From: Pseudomonadota bacterium
GTDB lineage: Bacteria > Pseudomonadota > Gammaproteobacteria > Burkholderiales > Burkholderiaceae_C
Reading direction: 5' to 3'
DNA: 64,000 bases
Assembly: GCA_040384685.1 (NCBI GenBank)
Contig: JAZKIV010000036.1
Coordinates: 44,445 to 108,444, forward strand
Shown: piece after piece, positions 50,847-60,181 of the stretch
Position numbering within the stretch: the first letter of the stretch is position 1
Layout: every line of letters begins with the position of its first letter
Position numbers and translations under genes: made by a program
Notes under the pieces: model-generated
The model's input: only the letters and a program-made list of their open reading frames with translations
The model's database searches: none
Told to the model about the DNA's origin: nothing

Positions 50847-52117
50847 GGCTGCTGCACCGGCCGGGCGCCGCTGGTGGACATGCCGAACGCGTGCCGCGTA
50901 TTGACCCACACGGCGCGCGCGATCGCGCCCGGCGCCATGAACTGCATCAGCGAACTGTTGCGGCTGCCGAAGGCCACGATGTGCGAAGCGCATGCCGGGT
51001 CGCGCGCGCCGGCCGAATTCATCAGCGTCTCGATGCCGTTGTAGCGGCGGCCCGACAGGTAGTCCTTCATCACGAACTCGTGGCCGCCCAGCCGCTTCTT
51101 GTGCTGCCCGGCGTACGCCTTCAGGGCGCGCGCCATCTCCAGCTTGCCCTCGAACGCCGGCCGCACGTTGTCGAACAGCCATTCGGCGGTCTGGAAGGCG
51201 AAGCCGCAGCCCACGCCCCACAGGGGGTCGGCGGTGAAGGACGCGTCGCCGATGAAGGCGATGCCCGCGTGCACCGGCGGGCGGGTGATCATCGGCATCT
51301 TCAGCATGCCCAGGAACGGCGAGACGCGGCGGCCGAGACGCGGCGACGGCGCGTCGGGAATGCCGTCGAAGTACTTCAGGAACTCCTCTTCGACATGGCC
51401 TTTCCACTGCGGCAGCTGGTCGTTGGTCGGCATCGCGCCGAGCATCACCAGCCCGTCGTCGGTGCGCAGCACCGACGCCCAGTTCGGGTTCAGGAAGTAG
51501 ATCTGCGCCGTGCTCTGCTTGGGCATGGGCATGTCGGCGTAGTAGGCCGAATAGGTGAAGCGCCCGTTGGCGTGCGTCTTGGACTTGGCGCCCGACAGCT
51601 GGGCCACCGCCGAATTCCGGCCATCCGCCGCGACCACCAGCCGCGCGCGGATGGTGCGGCCGCTGCCCTGCTGCGAGGAGGTGCGCACGCCCACGGCGCG
51701 GCCGTTCTCCATGACCAGTTCGCGCACCGACTGGCCGGGCATGAAGTCCACGCCGGCGGTCGCGGCCGCTTTGGCGCGCACCAGCGGGTCGAGCTTTTCG
51801 CGGCGCAGGTTGTAGCCGTAGGCCGGACGGTCGCGCGGTTCGCCAGGGTCGCGGATCCAGCCCCACGGCGTGGAGATCTCCAGCACCTGCCGGACCCCGC
51901 CGGCGGCTTCGATCGGCTCGACCAGGCCCAGCCGCTTCAGCGTCGGCGTGGCGCTGGACTGGATCAAGTGCGTGCAGATCTTCTTGTACGCGTCCGTGTC
52001 CGTCTCGCGCTCGATCAGCGCGACCTTCAGGCCTTGCCGGCCGAACAGGATCGCCGCGGCGCAGCCGGACAGGCTTGCGCCCACGATGGCGACGTCATAA
52101 GTGGGTTGCTCGGACAT
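50843..52117 (-). CDS. FAD-dependent monooxygenase/oxidoreductase
   Basis: DVAIVGASLSG, VAADGRNS, IGDASFTADPLWGVG; GGAGG-type RBS. Confidence 0.85.
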   Translation of the reverse strand: MSEQPTYDVAIVGASLSGCAAAILFGRQGLKVALIERETDTDAYKKICTHLIQSSATPTLKRLGLVEPIEAAGGVRQVLEISTPWGWIRDPGEPRDRPAYGYNLRREKLDPLVRAKAAATAGVDFMPGQSVRELVMENGRAVGVRTSSQQGSGRTIRARLVVAADGRNSAVAQLSGAKSKTHANGRFTYSAYYADMPMPKQSTAQIYFLNPNWASVLRTDDGLVMLGAMPTNDQLPQWKGHVEEEFLKYFDGIPDAPSPRLGRRVSPFLGMLKMPMITRPPVHAGIAFIGDASFTADPLWGVGCGFAFQTAEWLFDNVRPAFEGKLEMARALKAYAGQHKKRLGGHEFVMKDYLSGRRYNGIETLMNSAGARDPACASHIVAFGSRNSSLMQFMAPGAIARAVWVNTRHAFGMSTSGARPVQQP

Positions 52118-52131
52118 GGTTCCTCCTTGGA

Positions 52132-53355
52132 TCAATGGTCGACGGGTCGATCGGCAGCGGCGGCGGGGCGCCTTGCGGTGAACAGCGCGAACGCGCACAG
52201 AGCCGCGATCGCGCAGATGGCCAGGGTGATGGGCAGCGCCGCCGGCATCGGGAACAGCGCCAGCAGCGCGGTTCCGAAGGCGGCGCCGGTCAGCTGGCAA
52301 AAACCGTTCAGCGCGGCGGCCGCGCCGGCGTTGCGCGGAAACGGCTGCATCGCCGCGGCCGTCGCCACCGGGTTGATGATCCCGATGCCCGCCAGGTAGG
52401 GCAGCAGCGGCAGCACGAAATTGATCCAGCCGAGCGGCCGCGCCAGCACCAGCACGCACATGCCCAGGCCGCCGGCGGCCATCAGCCCGATGGCGACCAG
52501 GATCGCGCCGTTGGTGCCCAGGCGGCGGCGCAGCATGCCGGGCATGGTGCCGCCGGCGAACAGCGCGAACACCAGGCCCGCCGGCACCAGGCCGAACATG
52601 ACGGCGGACACGCCCAGGTGCTGCATGAAGATCGTCGGCGCGGCGGCGAAGAAGGCGAACAGCCCGGCAACGCCCAGGCTGGTGGCCAGCGTGGGCGCGA
52701 GGAATTCGGGCGTGGTGGCGATGTGCCGGTAGCTGCGCAGCAGGGCGCGCGGCGACAGGGGCACGGGCGCAAGGCCGCGGTCCGGAATGCAGGTCCACGC
52801 CAGCAGCGCGGCCGCCGCGCCGCAGGCGGCCAGCAGGGCGAAGTCGGCCCGCCAGCCCAGGGTGGCTTCGATCAGCCCGCCCAGCAGCGGCGAAAAGCCC
52901 GGCGCCGCGGTCATCAGCGTCAGGATCACGGCCAGCGCGTGGGCCAGCTCGGCGCCCTCGAACCAGTCGCGCGCGATGGCGCGCACCAGGGTCGATGCGG
53001 CGCATGCTCCGATGCCCTGCACCGCGCGCGCCGCCAGCAGGGCGTCCAGGCTGCTCGCCAGTGCGCAGGCGACGGCCGCCAGCGCGTACAGCACCAGCCC
53101 GGCCGTCAGCACGCGGCGGCGGCCCCAGGCGTCCGACAGCGGTCCCCAGGCCAGCTGCGACAGCGCGAAGGCGGCCAGGAACACCGTCAGGGTCGCGCGC
53201 GCGCCGCCGGCCGTGGTGCCGAACTCCTCCGCCAGGCGCGGCATGGACGGCAGGTAGAGATTGGTGGCCAGCATCGCCAGGGTGGCCAGCAGCGTGAGTA
53301 TTGCCAGCAGGCCTTTCGGCGCGCGCTGCTGCGGCGGGCGGGCCGTTGCGTTCAC
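52132..53355 (-). CDS. Bcr/CflA-family MFS exporter
   Basis: [28 protein letters not shown]...LGWR. Confidence 0.9.
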   Translation of the reverse strand: MNATARPPQQRAPKGLLAILTLLATLAMLATNLYLPSMPRLAEEFGTTAGGARATLTVFLAAFALSQLAWGPLSDAWGRRRVLTAGLVLYALAAVACALASSLDALLAARAVQGIGACAASTLVRAIARDWFEGAELAHALAVILTLMTAAPGFSPLLGGLIEATLGWRADFALLAACGAAAALLAWTCIPDRGLAPVPLSPRALLRSYRHIATTPEFLAPTLATSLGVAGLFAFFAAAPTIFMQHLGVSAVMFGLVPAGLVFALFAGGTMPGMLRRRLGTNGAILVAIGLMAAGGLGMCVLVLARPLGWINFVLPLLPYLAGIGIINPVATAAAMQPFPRNAGAAAALNGFCQLTGAAFGTALLALFPMPAALPITLAICAIAALCAFALFTARRPAAAADRPVDH

Positions 53356-53684
53356 CGCGCGCTCCGCACCAGGTGCTGCAGCTTGCCCGGCACGCCGGCC
53401 CAGCGCTCGGCATCGGGCAAGGCCGGCTTGCTGTGCGCGATCGGCGGCCAGATCCTGGACAGCTCCGCATTCAGCTTGGCGCAATGCAGGTTCTCCGGCG
53501 TCAGGTCGCATTCGGACACGATCGCCTCGACCGGGCACTCGATCTCGCACAGGCCGCAGTCGACGCATTCGTCCGGGTCGATCGCCAGGAAGTTGGCGCC
53601 CTCGCGGAAGCAGTCGACCGGGCACACCGTGACGCAGGTGGTGTGCTTGCAGCCGATGCACATCTCGGTAACGACGTAGGTCAT
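53352..53684 (-). CDS. FdxA-type (7Fe/8Fe) ferredoxin
   Basis: [18 protein letters not shown] and [12 protein letters not shown]. Confidence 0.92.
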   Translation of the reverse strand: MTYVVTEMCIGCKHTTCVTVCPVDCFREGANFLAIDPDECVDCGLCEIECPVEAIVSECDLTPENLHCAKLNAELSRIWPPIAHSKPALPDAERWAGVPGKLQHLVRSAR

Positions 53685-53700
53685 GCGGCGGCTCCCCGGG

Positions 53701-54444
53701 CTAGGCGGACAGGCCGCCGTCGATGACGAAGGTCTGGCCGGTCATGTAGGAAGCGTCGGCCGAGGCCAGGAACAGGCACAGCGCCGCCACCTCCCTGACG
53801 CTGCCGAAGCGGCGCAGCGGGATGCCCTTCTTGATCGCCGACTGCTGCGCCGGCGCGAAGCCGGCGACCATTTCGGTTTCGATGAAACCGGGCACGACCG
53901 CGTTCACCCGGACGTTGAAGCGCGACATCTCCAGCGCCAGCGACCTGGTCATCCCGATCAGCGCGGCCTTGCTGGCGCCGTAGTTGGTCTGGCCCGGGTT
54001 GCCCTTGATGCCGCTGACCGAGCTCATCTGCAGCACCACGCCGTCGCCGCGCTCGGCCATGGCGCGCACGAAATGCCGCGACACGAAGAAGGCCGAGTCG
54101 AGGTTGGTCGTCATGACGTCATGCCACTGCTCTCCGCTCATGCGCATCAGCGCCACGTCGCGGGTGATGCCGACGTTGTTGACGATGGCCGAGGGCGCGC
54201 CGCGCCTGGCCAGCAGGTCCTCGGCCAAGGCGCGCACGGCCTGCTCGTCGGCGCAGTCGCAGCGGAATCCTTCCGACTGGCTGCCGGCCTGCCGCAGCTG
54301 CGCCACCAGGGCATCCGCGGCCTGCGCCGACTGCCGGTAGGTGAAGCAGACCTCGTGGCCCGCCGCCGCGAAGGCTTCGACGACACCCTTGCCGATGCCG
54401 CGCGAGCCTCCGGTCACCAGCACCCAGGGTTTCAGTGCGTCCAT
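53701..54444 (-). CDS. 3-oxoacyl-ACP reductase (FabG-like SDR)
   Basis: [23 protein letters not shown]. Confidence 0.92.
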   Translation of the reverse strand: MDALKPWVLVTGGSRGIGKGVVEAFAAAGHEVCFTYRQSAQAADALVAQLRQAGSQSEGFRCDCADEQAVRALAEDLLARRGAPSAIVNNVGITRDVALMRMSGEQWHDVMTTNLDSAFFVSRHFVRAMAERGDGVVLQMSSVSGIKGNPGQTNYGASKAALIGMTRSLALEMSRFNVRVNAVVPGFIETEMVAGFAPAQQSAIKKGIPLRRFGSVREVAALCLFLASADASYMTGQTFVIDGGLSA

Positions 54445-55955
54445 TGCCTGGCCTTCATCTCCGCATAGCCGAACGCCGCCTCGTAGCTCGGGCCGGCGAC
54501 CCAGGCGCTCAGGAAGTGCACGCCCTTCACCGGAAACTGCCGGTGGAACAGGTGGCCCGACATGTCGGTGCCGACCATCGCGCCGTAGCCGGCGCCGTCG
54601 GTGTTGTTGGTGAAGCGCTGGTAGGTGCGCGGCGACGACAGCTCGCAAAAGCGCACCCGCCCTTGCATGCGCGGGCGCGCCGCGTACAGCCTGCCCAGCA
54701 GCGCGTCCAGCGCGCGCCGCTTCTTGCCCTTGTAGCCCGCCGCGCGGCGCTCCGGCCAGTGCGACATGGCGTCCAGCACGTTCAGGCAGACCACCATGCC
54801 GGCCGAGGGGTCGAGCAGGTGGTAGTTGGTGACTTCCATCGGCGAGGCATGCCAGTACGCGGCCTCGCAGATCTGCTCGTCCTGCGGATGGGCCTGCGCC
54901 TCGCGCCGCGCCGCCAGCGCGGCATCGTCCGGCCCGGCGAACACCATGGTCTCGCAGCTCTCCAGGCCCAGCTCGGCGGGGCTGCAGTCGGTGGTGAGGT
55001 AGGCCGTGGTGGTGGCCCGGGACGGCTTGAGCGCCTGCAGCCTGGCCTTCACCGGCTCCAGTTCCTCGTGCGGCTCGAACAGGCGCGCCACCGCGTAGTG
55101 CGGCGAGGCGTTGACGTAGATGCGGTCCGACAGGAACCGGCCCTTGCTGGTGTCGACGCCGACCGCCGTGCCGGTGCCGTCGACCAGGATGCGCTTGACC
55201 GTGGTGCCGAGCATCACCTCGCCGCCGGTGTCGGTGACGCGGCGCGCCAGCGTGCTCGAAAGCATCTGCGACGCGCCTTCGACATAGGCGTTGCCCTTGC
55301 ACAGCGTGGCGTAGACCACGTGCAGGAAATACAGGTAGCTCAGGTCTTCCGGGAAGCCGCCGACGTAGATGCCGGTGGCGCCGATGATCTCGCGCAGGAA
55401 GCCGTCGTCGAAGCGTTCGGCCAGCGCGTCGCTGACGGTGAGGGTGCGCAGGTGCCGGTGCGCGTAGCGCAGCTCGGCGAAATCGACCTCGTAGTTGCCC
55501 TCCATCAGCTGGAACTGGTAGTAGCCGTGCTTGCCGTGGGTGTTGACCTCGCGGAAGAACGCCAGGATGGCCGCCTCCTCCCCCGGGAACCGCTCGACCA
55601 GCGTGCGCTCCACGCCGGCGCCGCTGTTCGGCAGCACGAAGCCGCCGTCCGGCAGCGCGGCCTCGAAGTAGCTGTGCGGCACCTTCAGCGTGAGCTCCTT
55701 GTCCAGCCCGAGCTCACCGAACATGCGGTGCATGTTGCCGCCGTCGCCCATGCCGCTCAGCTTGTGCAGGCTGCAGTCGAACACGGCCGGCGCCTTGGGC
55801 CGATGGAACACGCTCGCGTAGCCGCCCGGCACCGTGTGCTTGTCGACCACCAGGATCCGTGCCGACGGCGCGCGCGCCAGCGCGTGCGCCGCGAACGCCA
55901 GGCTGGTGATGCCGGCGCCGACACAGATCGCGTCCCATCCGCCCTCCTGGCTCAC
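54432..55955 (-). CDS. phytoene-desaturase-like FAD oxidoreductase
   Basis: DAICVGAG, DKHTVPGGY, SSPRTYQRFT...GAGYG; GTG start overlapping the upstream stop. Confidence 0.8.
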   Translation of the reverse strand: MSQEGGWDAICVGAGITSLAFAAHALARAPSARILVVDKHTVPGGYASVFHRPKAPAVFDCSLHKLSGMGDGGNMHRMFGELGLDKELTLKVPHSYFEAALPDGGFVLPNSGAGVERTLVERFPGEEAAILAFFREVNTHGKHGYYQFQLMEGNYEVDFAELRYAHRHLRTLTVSDALAERFDDGFLREIIGATGIYVGGFPEDLSYLYFLHVVYATLCKGNAYVEGASQMLSSTLARRVTDTGGEVMLGTTVKRILVDGTGTAVGVDTSKGRFLSDRIYVNASPHYAVARLFEPHEELEPVKARLQALKPSRATTTAYLTTDCSPAELGLESCETMVFAGPDDAALAARREAQAHPQDEQICEAAYWHASPMEVTNYHLLDPSAGMVVCLNVLDAMSHWPERRAAGYKGKKRRALDALLGRLYAARPRMQGRVRFCELSSPRTYQRFTNNTDGAGYGAMVGTDMSGHLFHRQFPVKGVHFLSAWVAGPSYEAAFGYAEMKARQWTH

Positions 55956-56833
55956 AGCACGCTCAGCTTGCGCAGCCAGCCGTACAGCGGCGCGAAGCGC
56001 TTGTCGTTGAGCGCCGTGTTGCTGGCCGAGCCGCGCACCTCGTCGATGCGCGCCTGGTCGTCCGCCGCCACCGGGAAGGCGAAGCTCACGTGCTGCGCGA
56101 TCTCGGGGTTGTAGGTGAACTGCGGAATCAGCGCCGCCATCAGCCCGCGCAGCAGGCCGCGCAGCTTGTCGCCCGCCGGCGGCGGTGCCGCTTCCAGATA
56201 CGACTCCGTCACCCAGCGGCCGAAAGCGATGTGGCGCGACTCGTCGACGTGGTGCTCGTAGAACATGGCGCGGGTCATCGGCTCGATGTCCTGCGACTGG
56301 GAGGCGTGCATCGCCGCGAGTTCGGCCATCCATTCGATGACCATCGTGGCGCTGATGCCGAACTCCGGCGGCATGGCGGGCAGCTGCACGGTCAGCAGCT
56401 CGTGCAGGTTGCCCGCCGGCGCGTAGAGCCCCAGGCCGGCCATCTGCATGTAGCGCTGGAACATCAGCGTGTGGACGATCTCTTCCTTGGAGAACAGCAT
56501 CAGGTACTCGTACACCGCGCCGGACATCGTGCCGGGATGCTTGTTGATGTAGCCCAGGTACAGCGGCGGAATGGTCTGTTCCAGCAGGATGAACATCGAG
56601 ACGTCGCGCGCGGTCTCCTGCCACAGCACCTCGTGGCGCTGCGCCTCGCTGAGCTGCTCCCAGTACGGCGTGCCCGCCAGCCAGCCCTGCTCGGCCGGCT
56701 TGGGCACAAGGGTCTTGTCCACGCCCTTGCTCCAGGACAGGACGGTGGCAACGTCCATCGGGCGTTCGTGCGAGCTGGCGATCAGCCGCGCCACGCCGGC
56801 CCGGCTGCTGTCGTTCAAGGGGACGGTCTGCAT
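55952..56833 (-). CDS. AurF-type ferritin-like diiron oxygenase
   Basis: LLEQ...KEEIVH and MAE...HHVDESRH, including the HxxxExxH extra-His motif. Confidence 0.82.
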   Translation of the reverse strand: MQTVPLNDSSRAGVARLIASSHERPMDVATVLSWSKGVDKTLVPKPAEQGWLAGTPYWEQLSEAQRHEVLWQETARDVSMFILLEQTIPPLYLGYINKHPGTMSGAVYEYLMLFSKEEIVHTLMFQRYMQMAGLGLYAPAGNLHELLTVQLPAMPPEFGISATMVIEWMAELAAMHASQSQDIEPMTRAMFYEHHVDESRHIAFGRWVTESYLEAAPPPAGDKLRGLLRGLMAALIPQFTYNPEIAQHVSFAFPVAADDQARIDEVRGSASNTALNDKRFAPLYGWLRKLSVL

Positions 56834-56875
56834 CTGGTTTCCTTCGGATCGGGTGGATGGATGGGCGGCGGCTGC

Positions 56876-57166
56876 CTACTGCGGCGCCGCCGCGCCGGCC
56901 ACGGCCACGGCCGCGGACACGGCACCGGCCTCGCCGGCGTGGTCCTCGATGTACTGGCACAGGTCGCCCAGCGTCTTGATCTTTCCGGACACGAACAGGT
57001 CGGCGTCGACGGTGACGCCGAAGTTCTTCTTGATGCCGACCTGGATCTCGACGTAGTCCAGGCTGTCCAGTTCGACGTCCGCCAGGGCCAGGCCCGGGAC
57101 GAGAAGCGCTTCGTCGATGTCCTTGAGTTCGAGGACCGCGTCGCGGAGAAAATCGGCTGCATTCAT
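56876..57166 (-). CDS. discrete acyl carrier protein
   Basis: ELDSLDYVEI, acidic, 96 aa; GGAG RBS. Confidence 0.9.
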   Translation of the reverse strand: MNAADFLRDAVLELKDIDEALLVPGLALADVELDSLDYVEIQVGIKKNFGVTVDADLFVSGKIKTLGDLCQYIEDHAGEAGAVSAAVAVAGAAAPQ

Positions 57167-57993
57167 TGGAGGCTCCCTGGGTTGCGTGGTGGCTGCTGTG
57201 TTTCCGGTCTGGCGAGCAGGCCGATCTCGATGCGCATGACCAGGTCCTGCCCATGGACGATCGGCAACGAAACGGACCCGAGCACCTTGTCCGGGTCGGC
57301 GATGATGTCGGGCGCCGCCATCGCGTACGACAGCTGCCGCGGCGAGAACGGCAGCGGCCCCGGCGTGCGCAGCGCCTGCGTGTCGATGAACACCGTGTGG
57401 CTGACCTGCACGAACACCGCGCGCTCCGGCGCGGCGCCCATGGCGCCCGGGAATTCCTGCCGCACCTTCAGCGCGATGGCATCCAGCTTGGTGCGGATGA
57501 AGTCGGCGAAGACGATCGCGTCGAGCACGATCCAGCCTTCCTGCACGGTGGGATAGCTTTGCAGGAAGCGCTCGGCGTCGCCTTCGGCGAGCGGCGAGAA
57601 GCGCAGCTGGTCCGCGGCGTGCGCGGCGAGCCAGCCGCCCTGCTCCGGCGCCGGCGCGTAGCCGCCGCGCAGCCGTTCCTCCTGGCCTTCGCGCGCATTC
57701 AGCCGGAAGCCCAGGCCCGAGGTCCGCGACGCCTGCAGCGTCAGCAGGCTGGACGACCCGTGCGGAATGGGCTTGCGGAACACGCCGTGGTACTTCATCC
57801 AGCGGCTCGCAGCGGCACCCGTGCCGTCGGTCAGCGCCGCCTTGATCGGCAGCGAGGCCAGCATGCCGTGCACCACCAGGCCGTCGAGGCCGGCACTCCT
57901 GGCCTTGTGCAGGTCGAAGTGGATGGGGTTGTAGTCGCCGGAAAACTGCGCCCAGGCGGACACCTCGGGCAGGCCGAACGCGAGGTCGGTCAT
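57163..57993 (-). CDS. MaoC-like hotdog dehydratase
   Basis: FSGDYNPIH...VVHGM hydratase motif. Confidence 0.8.
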   Translation of the reverse strand: MTDLAFGLPEVSAWAQFSGDYNPIHFDLHKARSAGLDGLVVHGMLASLPIKAALTDGTGAAASRWMKYHGVFRKPIPHGSSSLLTLQASRTSGLGFRLNAREGQEERLRGGYAPAPEQGGWLAAHAADQLRFSPLAEGDAERFLQSYPTVQEGWIVLDAIVFADFIRTKLDAIALKVRQEFPGAMGAAPERAVFVQVSHTVFIDTQALRTPGPLPFSPRQLSYAMAAPDIIADPDKVLGSVSLPIVHGQDLVMRIEIGLLARPETQQPPRNPGSLQ

Positions 57994-59243
57994 GCCTGCG
58001 CCCGCTCGATCACCAGGGCGCAGTTCGCGCCGCCGAAGCCGAAGCTCAGGTTCATGACCGTATCGGCACTCTCCAGCCGGCCATGCTGGTTCGGCGTGTA
58101 GTCGAGGTCGCAGGCGGGGTCGGGTTCGTCCAGGTGGATGGTGGCCGGCACGATTCCCGTCTCCAGCGTCTTGAGGCAGAAGATGGCTTCCAGAGAACCC
58201 GCCGCGCCGATCAGGTGGCCGGTGTAGGACTTGGTGCTCGACATCGGGATGGCATAGGCAGCATCCCCCAGCGCGGCCTTCAGCGCGTTGGTTTCGTTGA
58301 CGTCGTTCAGCGGCGTCGAGGTGCCGTGGACGTTGATGTAGTCAAGCTGGTTCGGGCGGCGGCCGGCACCGGCCAGCGCGCCCTGGATGGTGCGCACGCG
58401 CGCCTGCAGGTCCTCGGCCGGCGCCGTCATGTCGTGGGCGTCCGAGTAGTTCGCGTAGCCGGTGATCTCGCCCAGGATGCGCGCTCCGCGCGCCACCGCG
58501 TGGTCCCACTCCTCCAGGCACAGGACGGCCGCGCCCTCGGACAGCACGAAGCCGCTGCGGCGCCGGCTGAACGGGCAGCAGGCCAGGCGCACGTCGTCCT
58601 GTTCCTTGCTCAGCGCCTGCATGATGTCGATGGACCAGACGTTGAACTGCTCCTTCAGCGACTCGCTGCCGCCGGCGAGCATGACCTTGGCGCGCCCGGA
58701 CTTGATGACTTCGTATGCATCGCCGATGGCCATCGACCCGGTGGCGCATGCCGCCACCGGCGTGTTCTGGTAGCCTCGAATGTCCCAATGCAGGGACACC
58801 GCCGCTGTGGCGACACTGCTCATCGACATCAGTGTCGAAAATGAGGACGCCAGGCCCGACTGGCGATAGTCGTTGTTATTGTGATTGACCGCGTCGACCC
58901 CACCCCAGCCGGTTCCGATGATGGCGCCGGCATCGAACGCCTGCACCGCGCGGCGCAGGCCGTCGCCCGAGCCGAACGCCATCACAATCGCCTCACGCGA
59001 CGCCAGCAGGGCGTAGCGTGCGAATTCAGGGAGCATCTTCAGGATCGACTTGGGGAAATCGGCGTAGCGCTTGCGGTCCGCGGGGACGAAGCCGAAGAAG
59101 CGTGCCTTGATGCTGGGGTCGGCGAACTCGTGCCTGCGGTACCCGGCGCGGCGCTCGAGAACGCCTTCCCAGATGGCCGGGACGTTGTCGCCGAGGCCGC
59201 AGATCGCCCCATAGCCTGTGACAGCGACGCGATGACTACGCAT
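57990..59243 (-). CDS. discrete beta-ketoacyl-ACP synthase (FabF/KAS II-like)
   Basis: AACATG, HGTST, KSYTGHLIGAAG, SFGFGG; Cys-His-His triad intact. Confidence 0.93.
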   Translation of the reverse strand: MRSHRVAVTGYGAICGLGDNVPAIWEGVLERRAGYRRHEFADPSIKARFFGFVPADRKRYADFPKSILKMLPEFARYALLASREAIVMAFGSGDGLRRAVQAFDAGAIIGTGWGGVDAVNHNNNDYRQSGLASSFSTLMSMSSVATAAVSLHWDIRGYQNTPVAACATGSMAIGDAYEVIKSGRAKVMLAGGSESLKEQFNVWSIDIMQALSKEQDDVRLACCPFSRRRSGFVLSEGAAVLCLEEWDHAVARGARILGEITGYANYSDAHDMTAPAEDLQARVRTIQGALAGAGRRPNQLDYINVHGTSTPLNDVNETNALKAALGDAAYAIPMSSTKSYTGHLIGAAGSLEAIFCLKTLETGIVPATIHLDEPDPACDLDYTPNQHGRLESADTVMNLSFGFGGANCALVIERAQA

Positions 59244-59497
59244 GATCCACCCTGATCTCTTTTTTATGCCGACTCGGACCGGTGCCCCGCCTGAGGGGGG
59301 AAGACCGGACGCAACTGCCTACTGCATTTCCGCGCGATGGCACACCGCCATCGACCCCTTCCGCCAGCCCACGAAAGCCTGCCTGCCGACATGAGCACCT
59401 TGCCAGGCGCATCCGGCGCATTCGCGTCTGCTTATCTTTCCACGAGAAAGATTAACGCCATGGTCGACCAATATCTTTCCATTGTCAAGATCACCAC

Positions 59498-60127
59498 ATG
59501 AAAACGTCTGTATCCGCGAAATCGGCAGCGAAGAAGCCGGCCAGGCCGGCCGCTCCCTACCATCACGGCAACCTGCGCGAGGCCTTGCTGGCGGCGGCGG
59601 ACACCGTGCTCACGGAACGCGGCGCGCACGGCATCACGCTGCGCGAAGTGGCCAAGGCGGCCGGGGTGTCGCATGCCGCCCCGTACCACCATTTCTCCAG
59701 CCTGGAGGACCTGCTGGCGGCGGTGGCCGAGCGCGAATTCATGGCGCTGGCGGCCGTGCTGGAGCGTGCCGCGGCAGCGGGCACCGCGCGCGAGAAATTC
59801 CTGGCCATCGCCGACGCCTACGTGCGCTTCGCGCGCAGCCGGCCCGCGCAGTACCGCCTGATGTTCGGCCCGCTGATGGCGCACAAGCACGACTACCCGG
59901 GCATGCGGGCGGCCGGCGAACGGGCCTTCGGCGTCGTGCTGGCCGCGGCCAACGCGCACGACCCGAAGAACGGGCCCGAGCTGGCGCTGTGCGGCTGGAG
60001 CCTGGCGCACGGCCTGAGCAACCTGATGATCGACGGCGCCATCGACAACCTGTCGACCCGGGTGCAAAGCCCCGATCGGCTGCCGCGCCGCCTGACCTCC
60101 TGGCTGCTGGCCGCGAAAGGCATCTGA
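59498..60127 (+). CDS. TetR-family regulator (TetR_C WHG-like)
   Basis: YHHGNLR, ITLREVAKAAGVSHAAPYHHF, WSLAHG. Confidence 0.92.
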   Translation: MKTSVSAKSAAKKPARPAAPYHHGNLREALLAAADTVLTERGAHGITLREVAKAAGVSHAAPYHHFSSLEDLLAAVAEREFMALAAVLERAAAAGTAREKFLAIADAYVRFARSRPAQYRLMFGPLMAHKHDYPGMRAAGERAFGVVLAAANAHDPKNGPELALCGWSLAHGLSNLMIDGAIDNLSTRVQSPDRLPRRLTSWLLAAKGI

Positions 60128-60181
60128 TGTCTCTGGTGCAGTGCTAGACTGCGGCCAAAATCCTATGGCTCCCCGCACCGG

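Noticed and set aside
49722-55302. Apparent long fusions (49722-51866, 50843-53470, 52132-53661, 53701-55302)
   Set aside because: Each is a real gene plus an off-frame N-terminal extension through its upstream neighbour; true starts overlap the upstream stops or follow them closely.
53701-59243. Cluster as primary fatty-acid synthesis or aryl polyene locus
   Set aside because: No plsX, fabH or fabD context, and none of the aryl polyene hallmarks (second KS/CLF pair, glycosyltransferase, LolA-like, MMPL).
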